A DNA stretch of 64,000 nt from a virus. The position numbers and the translations under genes were made by a program. Where the stretch lies: IMG/VR virus record IMGVR_UViG_3300045988_069849, positions 162,273-226,272 of that record, one strand, 5' to 3'. A model generated the notes under the pieces. The model saw nothing but the letters and a program-made list of their open reading frames with translations. It searched no databases and was not told the origin of the DNA. Below are positions 40,300-48,210 of this stretch, piece by piece (position 1 is the stretch's first letter; each line of letters opens with the position of its first letter).

Positions 40300-40665
40300 A
40301 TGATAGTACAACCTATTGGAAAGTTTAAACTTACTTATGCAAATGGTATAAGTCAAGTTAAGCTGTTAATAACTCAGGAAGACTACAAGTCTATTGTCAA
40401 ACCTATATTAGATAATATAGCTGAGTTAGAGGCACAGCGAAGTGGGATTAATAAAAAGAGTAAAAGGTATAAGGAAATTTCGGAAAAACTTAGAGAACTG
40501 AAAAAACCTATATCGGAACTTGGAGAGTTTTTTACAAGCACGTCTCCTCTTGGATTAGCACTATGGAGTAGTCGCTTCCCAAACTTGATACTTCCGCCTC
40601 AACAAGGCGGTGGACATTTTGTTAGATTTGAAAAATTAGATTTGTATGAAAATAAGGAAGGTTAA
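40300..40665 (+). CDS. hypothetical protein (121 aa)
   Basis: ORF track. Confidence 0.5.
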   Translation: MIVQPIGKFKLTYANGISQVKLLITQEDYKSIVKPILDNIAELEAQRSGINKKSKRYKEISEKLRELKKPISELGEFFTSTSPLGLALWSSRFPNLILPPQQGGGHFVRFEKLDLYENKEG

Positions 40666-40902
40666 CTCTACTATCAAAAGACGAGTTCTTAGGGAAGTGT
40701 CTAGAGAGTGCAGAAAGAGGAATATGATGGACAAGAAAGGTGAAATTCCAAATGATATTAAGGACATATGGGAAGCGATTAAAGTATTAACAAAGAGAAA
40801 TAAACAATTTGCTGTTAGATATGCATCAATGTGATTATTGTTGTTGGTATAATCCTGCTAGTGGGTGCTGTAATTGTCCATACGTAATGAGACGGAAAGC
40901 GT

Positions 40903-41100
40903 GTGAGAAGGCTCGTAAACAGAAAGAAGAAAATGAAAAGCCTAGAAAGTTATAGCATATTTACTAAGCCTAAACTATCTAATCCTGTATCATGGGAGGA
41001 TATGAAAGAATTTAATACCCATATGAAGGAAGTAGTTAGAGACTATAAGATTAGGCAAGCTAAAGCTAGAGAAAGCGCTAAGAAAGTAATTATTAAGTAA
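40903..41100 (+). CDS. small basic protein
   Basis: ORF track. Confidence 0.4.
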   Translation: MRRLVNRKKKMKSLESYSIFTKPKLSNPVSWEDMKEFNTHMKEVVRDYKIRQAKARESAKKVIIK

Positions 41101-41364
41101 ATACTAACCTGGCAAGGTAAAAATCCAGTCGGGGTCTGTTAGCATTTATGCTAATAAGTCGAAGCCAGTCCCTGCGTAGTTATAATAGGCAAGCTGAACT
41201 TGAGAATTGTTAAACGGATGGTTGCCGTTAAAAGATATATAGTTACAAACTTATGTATCCAGAATATAACTAATTAAAGACTTATCTGGTGATGTTAGGT
41301 TATGGAATCCTAACAGTGGAAATTTATGAGTTATGTCACCAATTAAAAAGAAAATCTCAAACAT

Positions 41365-41437
41365 GGGCCGTTAGCTCAAATGGCTAGAGCGCTGGTTTTG
41401 CACACCGGAAGATAGGGTTCGAGTCCCTGCGTGTCCA
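41365..41437 (+). tRNA. tRNA-Ala-like (TGC) with G3-U70 but an imperfect acceptor stem (possible pseudo-tRNA)
   Basis: D-arm gctc-aaatggcta-gagc; anticodon arm ctggt-ttTGCac-accgg; T-arm taggg-ttcgagt-ccctg. Acceptor gggccgt vs cgtgtcc pairs only at positions 1-4. Confidence 0.45.
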
Positions 41438-41455
41438 CAACAAAATTAAATAATT

Positions 41456-41641
41456 ATGAAAGTATACGTAGTCGTAGTGAATCATCATCCAGCTAATGCG
41501 CCTCAGAACTATAAAACTGAGTGTCAGATATTTCTGGATAAAAAGGAAGCCGAAGGCTATAAGAAAGCCAAGGAAGAAGAATATCCCATACGTTGGGGAG
41601 GTGAATACAATCATTGTGAAATATTTAAAAAACATTTGTAA
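41456..41641 (+). CDS. small protein (61 aa)
   Basis: ORF track. Confidence 0.4.
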   Translation: MKVYVVVVNHHPANAPQNYKTECQIFLDKKEAEGYKKAKEEEYPIRWGGEYNHCEIFKKHL

Positions 41642-41644
41642 TAT

Positions 41645-41717
41645 CGCGGGGTGTTAGCAGAGGTAGCTAGTCAGGCTCATAACCTGAAGGTCGAGGGTTC
41701 GAGTCCCTCTCCCGCTA
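41645..41717 (+). tRNA. tRNA with CAT anticodon (fourth CAT copy)
   Basis: D-arm tagc-agaggta-gcta; anticodon arm tcagg-ctCATaa-cctga; T-arm gaggg-ttcgagt-ccctc. Exact acceptor pairing is ambiguous. Confidence 0.55.
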
Positions 41718-41719
41718 CT

Positions 41720-41735
41720 AGTAATTAATTAGATA
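41720..41735 (+). promoter_or_regulatory. conserved motif GTAATTAATTAGATAC (copy 3, one mismatch)
   Basis: Follows a tRNA and precedes ATG 41751. Confidence 0.25.
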
Positions 41736-41750
41736 CTTAATTTTTAGATT

Positions 41751-42176
41751 ATGAATTACGAAAATCTTACCAAAGAAACTCTCCCTGTAGAGTTTCAAAA
41801 CAGAATCGAACGATTTAATCGTCTATTCTCAGCTGCAACCGACCATTCCTTCGAAGAGGATGACTTGTTTGAGTATGAAATGTTATGTATAAAGCAAGCT
41901 CTTTCATTCTCGGAATTTTTCCAAGATTTCGGTGATGAACAGTATCAAGACTTCTTGAAGCAATATGAGAGCTTATACGACTTAGTTGATGCTATTAAGG
42001 ACAAACTTCAGTTCTTTGATAACGGACATACTGGAAACTCTATGAGCATGAGTTGGCTTTTATTCCGAACTTATCGAGAAAGACCGGAATTAGTTCCGTA
42101 TATGCACGGATGCTTGGCTCAGCTCGTTGGGGATGAAGGCTATTATGATGACCGTTCAGATGTTCCAGAACTATGA
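41751..42176 (+). CDS. hypothetical protein (141 aa)
   Basis: ORF track. Confidence 0.55.
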   Translation: MNYENLTKETLPVEFQNRIERFNRLFSAATDHSFEEDDLFEYEMLCIKQALSFSEFFQDFGDEQYQDFLKQYESLYDLVDAIKDKLQFFDNGHTGNSMSMSWLLFRTYRERPELVPYMHGCLAQLVGDEGYYDDRSDVPEL

Positions 42177-42469
42177 GCGTAATACAACAGGTCTACTTAG
42201 CTGAATCAGGCAGTTCTATTTACATAAAGGGGATTAAACCTGATAAAGAGAATGAATATTCTGGTGAGATTACTCTAAATGGTAATCCCACTAGATTAGA
42301 GAGAAAAGAACGTTACCATATAAGTAACGGTATGCTTGTTACAGATAGTTATCATATCCCTATGGAGTTCATTATTAGCTTCTTGCAGGCTAACGGATGT
42401 GTTCAAGAAGGAGAAGATGGCAAGTCGTATGTTGTTTTAAGAGAAGTAGAATTTAAATTGAATAACTAA
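42173..42469 (+). CDS. hypothetical protein (98 aa)
   Basis: ORF track. Confidence 0.5.
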   Translation: MSVIQQVYLAESGSSIYIKGIKPDKENEYSGEITLNGNPTRLERKERYHISNGMLVTDSYHIPMEFIISFLQANGCVQEGEDGKSYVVLREVEFKLNN

Positions 42470-43050
42470 TGTTATCAGTATTATATAGCGAATATGAGCT
42501 GTGGGGTTGTCCTAATTGTGGGTGCGATTCTGTTATAAGTAGTGGAGTTTCTGGAGGAGGTCTAACATCTGGAACTTGTAGACATTGCAAGTTAAAATTT
42601 GAAGTTAGAAGCGAAAATCCAATGGGAATAGTCAAATATGGCTGCCATCCAGAAAATCCCTCAGACCCGAAATCTAAATGGGTTATGGAAAGCGCAATCA
42701 GAATTGAACATCCTAGAAAAGGTATTCCTGCATGGAATTGGGAACCAGTTGACGAACGTCCAGAAGAAGGAGAATATTGGAACTCTCGTGGTCCTGGCTA
42801 TCCAGATGTTTCTGGCTTTGTAAAGACCAAAGCTGCTGGTGAGCGTATTCTAGCTATGGTGCATGAAGTGTTAGGAACTGACAAGTGTAAGACTTATCTA
42901 GATTTCAGACCAAGTGAACCAACGTGGATTCAATTCAAATTTCATAAAGACGAGTTTGATATAGAGAAACTAGATTCTCTTACTCGTGATAGTGGAATAA
43001 TTACTAAAGACATAATCAAACAATGTATTTATGGCAAAAGTAGTAAATAG
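42469..43050 (+). CDS. zinc-ribbon-containing protein (193 aa)
   Basis: ORF track; CPNCGC...CRHCKLKF. Confidence 0.55.
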   Translation: MLSVLYSEYELWGCPNCGCDSVISSGVSGGGLTSGTCRHCKLKFEVRSENPMGIVKYGCHPENPSDPKSKWVMESAIRIEHPRKGIPAWNWEPVDERPEEGEYWNSRGPGYPDVSGFVKTKAAGERILAMVHEVLGTDKCKTYLDFRPSEPTWIQFKFHKDEFDIEKLDSLTRDSGIITKDIIKQCIYGKSSK

Positions 43051-43282
43051 GGCCTCTGATATAATCCAACTTAAAGACCTAAAGGATGGGGAATTTGCAG
43101 AAGTAATAGAATGGTTTGAGGATGGAACAGTATCTAACGGAGATATAATTCAAAGATGTGGACTTGCACTATTTATATTAGGAAGTTGTTCTTACTATCC
43201 TGAGATATTTAGTAAGGGTGCTAGAGACTATACTAATACTAAGTTACGAACACTACCTGAGGGTACAACTATAATGTTATAA
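43031..43282 (+). CDS. hypothetical protein (83 aa)
   Basis: ORF track. Confidence 0.45.
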   Translation: MAKVVNRASDIIQLKDLKDGEFAEVIEWFEDGTVSNGDIIQRCGLALFILGSCSYYPEIFSKGARDYTNTKLRTLPEGTTIML

Positions 43283-43322
43283 TTTCTTTTTCCAGTTTTC
43301 TAATTAAAGATAAACTGGGTAT

Positions 43323-43884
43323 GGGCCTACTTGGATTTGACAGGCGATTACAAATTATAAGGACGTGTAGAGCGCAATCTCTTTAAACGAAGAAAAAACA
43401 ATAAATGCTACTTATAGCGAAGTAAGAATGGCAGCCTAAGCTGCTGGCTTGTTGGTAGACACTATTAACTAAGTCGGGTTACGGGAGAGACCTAGAAACA
43501 GAAGAGGTTGAGTATATTGATATAATGGAGAGCTAGGCTCTAATCCTAGTAATATACTCTTAATCAGAACACTCTAAGAGTTAGTAAGACTGAATCTCCT
43601 ACGTCATAAAACAGATGGAAGATGTGTTCCATGAGATGTGACGAATCTCTAAAGTATCATCCCGTTCTCCAACGTAAATGGAGTGGTGGAACGTTGACTT
43701 CGGTCAGCCCTATAGTTTGGTAGCTTGTAGATAAGCATCTAGAGAAATACTTAGTATGGACTCTTGTAAGACTTATAAAACTACCTAAATGCTAGAACTC
43801 CCTAGCTGATGTAATAAAAATGAGACGCACGTTATCCTTGTAACGAGGGTTGTTTGGACACGGGTTCGACTCCCGTTAGGTCCA
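43323..43884 (+). ncRNA. ssrA: candidate phage-encoded tmRNA (ssrA-like), ~560 nt
   Basis: 5' end gggccta ttggatttgacaggcg resembles the tmRNA 5' consensus (acceptor + GGAUUCGACGGG). 3' end ggac-acggg-ttcgact-cccgt-taggtcc-A forms a T-arm plus acceptor 3' strand. The 7-bp acceptor gggccta/taggtcc has G3-U70, the tRNA-Ala identity element. An internal tag-like ORF starts at GCA: AISLNEEKTINATYSEVRMAA followed by TAA. There is no protein-coding ORF across ~560 nt. Confidence 0.5.
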
Positions 43885-43887
43885 CAT

Positions 43888-43932
43888 AATAGGGCTATAG
43901 CTCAACTGGTTAGAGCACCACATCAATAATAT
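43888..43932 (+). pseudogene. truncated tRNA 5' fragment (acceptor + D-arm only) fused upstream of tRNA-Ile
   Basis: gggctat-a-gctc-aactggtta-gagc-a then a degenerate anticodon arm and no T-arm. Confidence 0.35.
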
Positions 43933-44004
43933 TGGGATGTAGTTTAACGGTTAGAACAAGAAACTGATAATTTCTAGACGGCAGTTCAACTCTGTCCTTC
44001 CCAA
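43933..44004 (+). tRNA. tRNA-Ile (GAT)
   Basis: Acceptor tgggatg/cttccca (one mismatch); D-arm gttt..gaac; anticodon arm agaaa-ctGATaa-tttct; T-arm ggcag-ttcaact-ctgtc. Confidence 0.65.
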
Positions 44005-44021
44005 CTAATACTGTAAATAAT

Positions 44022-44570
44022 ATGTAGAAAATTTCTGAACAAATCAAACAACAAGTAAAAGTTCTTAGAGAAAATGGATATTCTTATGATAAAATATCTG
44101 AAGAATTGTCTATTGGAAAAGGTTCTGTTTCTAATATCTGTAAAGAATTTGGATTATGCCAAAAGATAGTTGAGCTAACTCCAGAGAAAATTATAGAAGT
44201 TTAGAAAATGTATGACGAAATAGGTAACATAAAAGAGGTTGCGAGACTCTCTGGAATATCCTATAATAGACTTCGAAACGTTATAGTAAGCAAAAAGATA
44301 ACTCCTAAAACTGGCTACGACAACGTTAAAGAATATAGAAAGCGTACAAAATAGGAACTAGTCGAGTATAAAGGTGGAAAGTGTTAGATATGCGGCTATA
44401 ATAGATGTAATGAAGCATTAGACTTTCATCACCTCGACCCAAGCGAGAAAGATTTCTCATTATCTGGGTAGCACAAACCTATAGAACTTTTAAAGAAAGA
44501 GGTAGATAAATGTATACTTCTCTGTTGTAGGTGTCACAGAGAAATTCACGCAGGAGTAATTGCGCTATGA
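44022..44570 (+). CDS. HNH homing endonuclease with 6 in-frame TAG codons, embedded in the tRNA array
   Basis: Manual translation with TAG=Q: M[Q]KISEQIKQQVKVLRENGYSYDKISEELSIGKGSVSNICKEFGLCQKIVELTPEKIIEV[Q]KMYDEIGNIKEVARLSGISYNRLRNVIVSKKITPKTGYDNVKEYRKRTK[Q]ELVEYKGGKC[Q]ICGYNRCNEALDFHHLDPSEKDFSLSG[Q]HKPIELLKKEVDKCILLCCRCHREIHAGVIAL, stop TGA. CxxC...HH...CxxCH is an HNH/zinc-finger motif. Confidence 0.65.
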
Positions 44571-44682
44571 TGTGGAGGTTATCAGTTCAAGTCTGATTAG
44601 CCCTACAAAACCGCCAGCTCACGCGGTATATAAGAAAGGATTGCCGGACTCGCAGGTGTAACGAGATAAATACCTGCATTTT

Positions 44683-44755
44683 CGAGGCTGTGGTGTAATG
44701 GCTTGCATATCACACTGTCACTGTGAAGGTTGGGGTTCGAATCCCCCAGTCTCGG
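44683..44755 (+). tRNA. tRNA-Asp (GTC)
   Basis: Acceptor cgaggct/agtctcg; anticodon arm tcaca-ctGTCac-tgtga; T-arm tgggg-ttcgaat-ccccc. Confidence 0.6.
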
Positions 44756-44762
44756 CATTTAT

Positions 44763-44835
44763 TCCCCTGTAGTTTAGTTGGTTAGAACACGTGATTTGTA
44801 ATCTCGAGACCTCGGTTCGAATCCGAGTGGGGGAT
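44763..44835 (+). tRNA. tRNA-Thr (TGT)
   Basis: Acceptor tcccctg/tggggga (two wobble pairs); D-arm gttt..gaac; anticodon loop ttTGTaa; T-arm ctcgg-ttcgaat-ccgag. Confidence 0.65.
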
Positions 44836-44862
44836 CTTAACCATTAAATCAGATTAATTTTT

Positions 44863-45537
44863 ATGACTAGATTAGAAAAGTATTTAGTAGCAACTGCTAC
44901 TGAGATTATCGAAGCGGAAACAACTGTTTCTCGCTACTTTGTCATTGGAAACGTCAAAGTTAGAGTATCAGACCATTTAAGTAAAATGAGTGATGCAGAC
45001 TTACAAGTAATTATCCCATTGAACGGAGGGACTAAGTATATAGTTACTGTTAAGGATAGTCCTGGAAAATTTCTTGTATGGAATGCAACTCAAATAAAAG
45101 ACTTTATTCCTTCATTGCAGATTATTAAGGGCTTGAAGGAAGGAGTGCAACTTAAGCCAAAACCTAAAGACTCTGCAGTTCAGAAGATTCAGCTAGCATT
45201 AAATAATAGTAATACCGATGGAGGTTCGTTAACGTTTGATGGTACTATTATTGAGTCTAGATTGAAAGAAAAGCAACTTACTTCCAAACAGCGGGAAGTT
45301 TTCAGGAGAACTAAATCTACTTGGGATATTTCTCAGATTGGAACATTACCCAGTATGATTAAAGTAGATTTGGGATTGTCAAATGGTTCTGTAAACGAAG
45401 ATGTGCAGATATTTCTAACTTGTACATCTTTAACCTACAAAGAAATTCTGAACATTTATAAAATAATAGTTGTTGATAACCGTATGGTTCCAACTATTAA
45501 ACTGTTGCAAGAAGCTTATAGCTTGATTGTGCAGTAG
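44863..45537 (+). CDS. hypothetical protein (224 aa)
   Basis: ORF track. Confidence 0.6.
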   Translation: MTRLEKYLVATATEIIEAETTVSRYFVIGNVKVRVSDHLSKMSDADLQVIIPLNGGTKYIVTVKDSPGKFLVWNATQIKDFIPSLQIIKGLKEGVQLKPKPKDSAVQKIQLALNNSNTDGGSLTFDGTIIESRLKEKQLTSKQREVFRRTKSTWDISQIGTLPSMIKVDLGLSNGSVNEDVQIFLTCTSLTYKEILNIYKIIVVDNRMVPTIKLLQEAYSLIVQ

Positions 45538-45540
45538 GAT

Positions 45541-45612
45541 AGCGCCATCATCTAATGGTTAGGATTTAGGCTTTTCACGCCTGCCATACGGGTTCGAATC
45601 CCGTTGGCGTTA
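45541..45612 (+). tRNA. tRNA-Glu (TTC)
   Basis: Acceptor agcgcca/tggcgtt; D-arm atct-aatggtta-ggat; anticodon arm taggc-ttTTCac-gcctg; T-arm acggg-ttcgaat-cccgt. Confidence 0.7.
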
Positions 45613-45669
45613 CTATGTACCCCAGCAGCGAAAGTTGTTGGGGTATTTTTTGTTTAATATAATTAATAA

Positions 45670-45990
45670 TTGATGAGAAAAACATTTGAGTTTGTAAAGG
45701 TTGGAGGAGTCTGGTTCTATTGGTGGCCAGATTATGACGGAACACCAGAGGAACTAGCAATGGTTGGTGGTGCAGATGAACTTCTTGATTCTCTAGATAA
45801 TAAGTTTGTTAGATTGCAGATGGTTGACCCAGCTGCAGCTAAGATAACGTTGTCTAAAATTGAGGAGGATGAATGTGGAGCAACTTACTTATGCAAAAGT
45901 AAGAATTACAATGACAGGGTATGGATTTGTGCTGTAACTCTATCAGTATTCGGGGAATATCCTCAAAATATTTACCTAAAAGATATGTAA
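45670..45990 (+). CDS. hypothetical protein (106 aa)
   Basis: ORF track. Confidence 0.5.
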   Translation: MMRKTFEFVKVGGVWFYWWPDYDGTPEELAMVGGADELLDSLDNKFVRLQMVDPAAAKITLSKIEEDECGATYLCKSKNYNDRVWICAVTLSVFGEYPQNIYLKDM

Positions 45991-45993
45991 AAA

Positions 45994-46419
45994 ATGAAAA
46001 CGTTAAATGAGATTTTAGACAATTACAAAGACTATGCCGTAGTTCTCGATGACCGTTTCGGTTCTAGATTAGCAAAGTTTTTAACAGAAGAGCAGTTAGA
46101 AAAAATAGGCTTCAAGTACGATGGTGATGAGCCTTATCCAGAGCCTAAGGAATGGACTAGAGAGAATATCCTAGAGCAACTTAAGTCTGACGTGGAGTTT
46201 GGTTTTGAGAAGGCTCTAGACCAGAGAGGCATTTCAGCTAGCCTAATGTTCTACGTGGTACTAAGGTGGAATCAAGTTCTAGAAGAGGGCTTAGAGAATT
46301 ATCCTGAAGAGAATTATGCTATGTATGGGTTGCCTTTGTTTAAGGCTACTGCTGTAAAGTATGGATGGGAGAATCCTATAGGCGACGATAATGGGGACGA
46401 AGAGTTCTACAATGAATAG
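45994..46419 (+). CDS. hypothetical protein (141 aa)
   Basis: ORF track. Confidence 0.55.
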   Translation: MKTLNEILDNYKDYAVVLDDRFGSRLAKFLTEEQLEKIGFKYDGDEPYPEPKEWTRENILEQLKSDVEFGFEKALDQRGISASLMFYVVLRWNQVLEEGLENYPEENYAMYGLPLFKATAVKYGWENPIGDDNGDEEFYNE

Positions 46420-46607
46420 CGCTATGAAGGAATCTTCTATACTTAAAGCAATTTCTGACGCTATTGAAGAATACGAGGAAAATCAACAAAGACGAATAGA
46501 CCTGTTAGAGAGTAAAATTCTGCTATTTGAGAGAGAAAGGGAGGCTTTTATTCGGCATTTGAGAGAAGGAAACATTCAATTATTAAAGGATTATCTAGGA
46601 ATTAAAG

Positions 46608-46931
46608 ATGAGTAAGTACTATTTAATTAAGGAATGTAATAATATTCCTTTTATCTTAGGACAGTTCGATAGTATTGAAGAGGCTGAGGCCGCTCTTCCT
46701 TCTACAAATAAGAAGGGAGCTAAGCACTTTGTCGTTTGTTCTACAGAGCAATTAAAGTCAGCAAGGGCGGCTATATCCTACTTACAAGAAGAACTTAGAA
46801 AGAGTCGAGAGGAGGTACGGCAATGGAGGGATTTAGAACTTAAAACAAGGCTAGATTTCTCAAACCAAATCTGTGAATTATCGAAGATAGCTAATCTAAC
46901 TGTAGAGGACCTAACTAAAGTATTGTTATGA
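46608..46931 (+). CDS. hypothetical protein (107 aa)
   Basis: ORF track. Confidence 0.5.
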   Translation: MSKYYLIKECNNIPFILGQFDSIEEAEAALPSTNKKGAKHFVVCSTEQLKSARAAISYLQEELRKSREEVRQWRDLELKTRLDFSNQICELSKIANLTVEDLTKVLL

Positions 46932-47230
46932 TAGTAAGTTCTCCTTTTGATAAAGATTTGCTTGGACATGAGATAAGGGGTGTAAATACATCTTACTACG
47001 GACTTTCTGCATTGCAGGCTGTAATAAATCATGACGGAATCCGTCAAGATATTGCAAAATATATGTATAGAGACTGCATTGTAGATGGAGGACGAAAAGG
47101 AGTAATCATAGGATTTGAGGATAATAATCAATTCTTTGATTACTACTATATAGTCTATGTGCCAGAGCTAAATACTACTGTATATCAATTAGCTAATGAT
47201 GCGAGATTTATTAATTCAATTGAGATATGA
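46928..47230 (+). CDS. hypothetical protein (100 aa)
   Basis: ORF track. Confidence 0.5.
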   Translation: MIVSSPFDKDLLGHEIRGVNTSYYGLSALQAVINHDGIRQDIAKYMYRDCIVDGGRKGVIIGFEDNNQFFDYYYIVYVPELNTTVYQLANDARFINSIEI

Positions 47231-47384
47231 AAGTATATTATATTTCAATTCCCACGGCATATGACGGGCAAGTCCCTATAAACTATGAGAAGATCTCTCC
47301 TCTTTTTCTAGAGAAGAAAGACGCTATAGAATGGGCGGTAACTCAAAATTACTGGGATATTAGATTAATAGAAGAAGAAGTTTT

Positions 47385-47879
47385 ATGAAAAAGAAAGTTT
47401 TAATTATCCTTATGATTAGTATTGTATTCGGATTTGCAACTGGTTATTCTTTGCATCATCTGATACATTTCAATCAGAAACAGGAGGAAATGGTATTGCT
47501 GCCAGAGCATCCATTCTACTTATTGGATGAAGTAAACGAAGAAGTATTGTACAATACTTTGAAGCATTACGATTTTCCAAATCCAGCAATTATAACAGCT
47601 CAGGCTGTTCTGGAATCTGGCAATTTTAAATCGAAACTTTGTAAGGACAATAACAATCTGTTCGGATTGTATAATTCCAGAACAATGTCTTACTTCAAGT
47701 TCGATAGTTGGATAAGCTGCGTGTTCGCTTATAAGCAATTTATCCTTAGTAAGTATAACCCAGAAGAGGATTATTACAAATTCCTAGACAGAATTGGCTA
47801 CGCTGAGGATTCCTTGTATGAAAGTAAAGTTAAGGAATTGGAATTAGATATACTTAATAAATATGGAAGCTCAAATTGA
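47385..47879 (+). CDS. peptidoglycan hydrolase, glucosaminidase (FlgJ-like) domain with an N-terminal TM anchor
   Basis: AIITAQAVLESGNFKSKLCKDNNNLFGL matches the mannosyl-glycoprotein endo-beta-N-acetylglucosaminidase signature. Confidence 0.6.
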   Translation: MKKKVLIILMISIVFGFATGYSLHHLIHFNQKQEEMVLLPEHPFYLLDEVNEEVLYNTLKHYDFPNPAIITAQAVLESGNFKSKLCKDNNNLFGLYNSRTMSYFKFDSWISCVFAYKQFILSKYNPEEDYYKFLDRIGYAEDSLYESKVKELELDILNKYGSSN

Positions 47880-48129
47880 AGAAGCTATCAAATTTAGAAA
47901 GAAAGCTAATTTCAAGATATTAACTAGATTAAGTCAAATCATTGACCAATATCCTTATCTAAGATTTCACCAAATTCTTATTATATATAAGATTAGTGAG
48001 CTGGGAGTGGATAAGTTCAATGAGGAGAGTGTAGAAACTTTGAAGAAGCTAGAGCATGAAATGGTGGAAAAAGGAATTAGTAAGATTACTAGTAATAGTT
48101 CTGATGGGAACAATACTATTAGTAACTAG
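47863..48129 (+). CDS. hypothetical protein (88 aa)
   Basis: ORF track. Confidence 0.45.
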   Translation: MEAQIEEAIKFRKKANFKILTRLSQIIDQYPYLRFHQILIIYKISELGVDKFNEESVETLKKLEHEMVEKGISKITSNSSDGNNTISN

Positions 48130-48210
48130 GGAAGTAACGGGTTTTGAGACCGCAGTTATGACTGGTCTAACTATTATATTATGCAATCAAATATTTAACG
48201 AATAAAGATT

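Noticed and set aside
43840-43892. tRNA 3'-half-like sequence (T-arm + acceptor strand + A), considered as a phage attP core or integrase target
   Set aside because: No integrase gene is nearby. It pairs with the 5' end at 43323 to form a tRNA-Ala-like acceptor with G3-U70, so it is better explained as the 3' domain of a tmRNA-like RNA.
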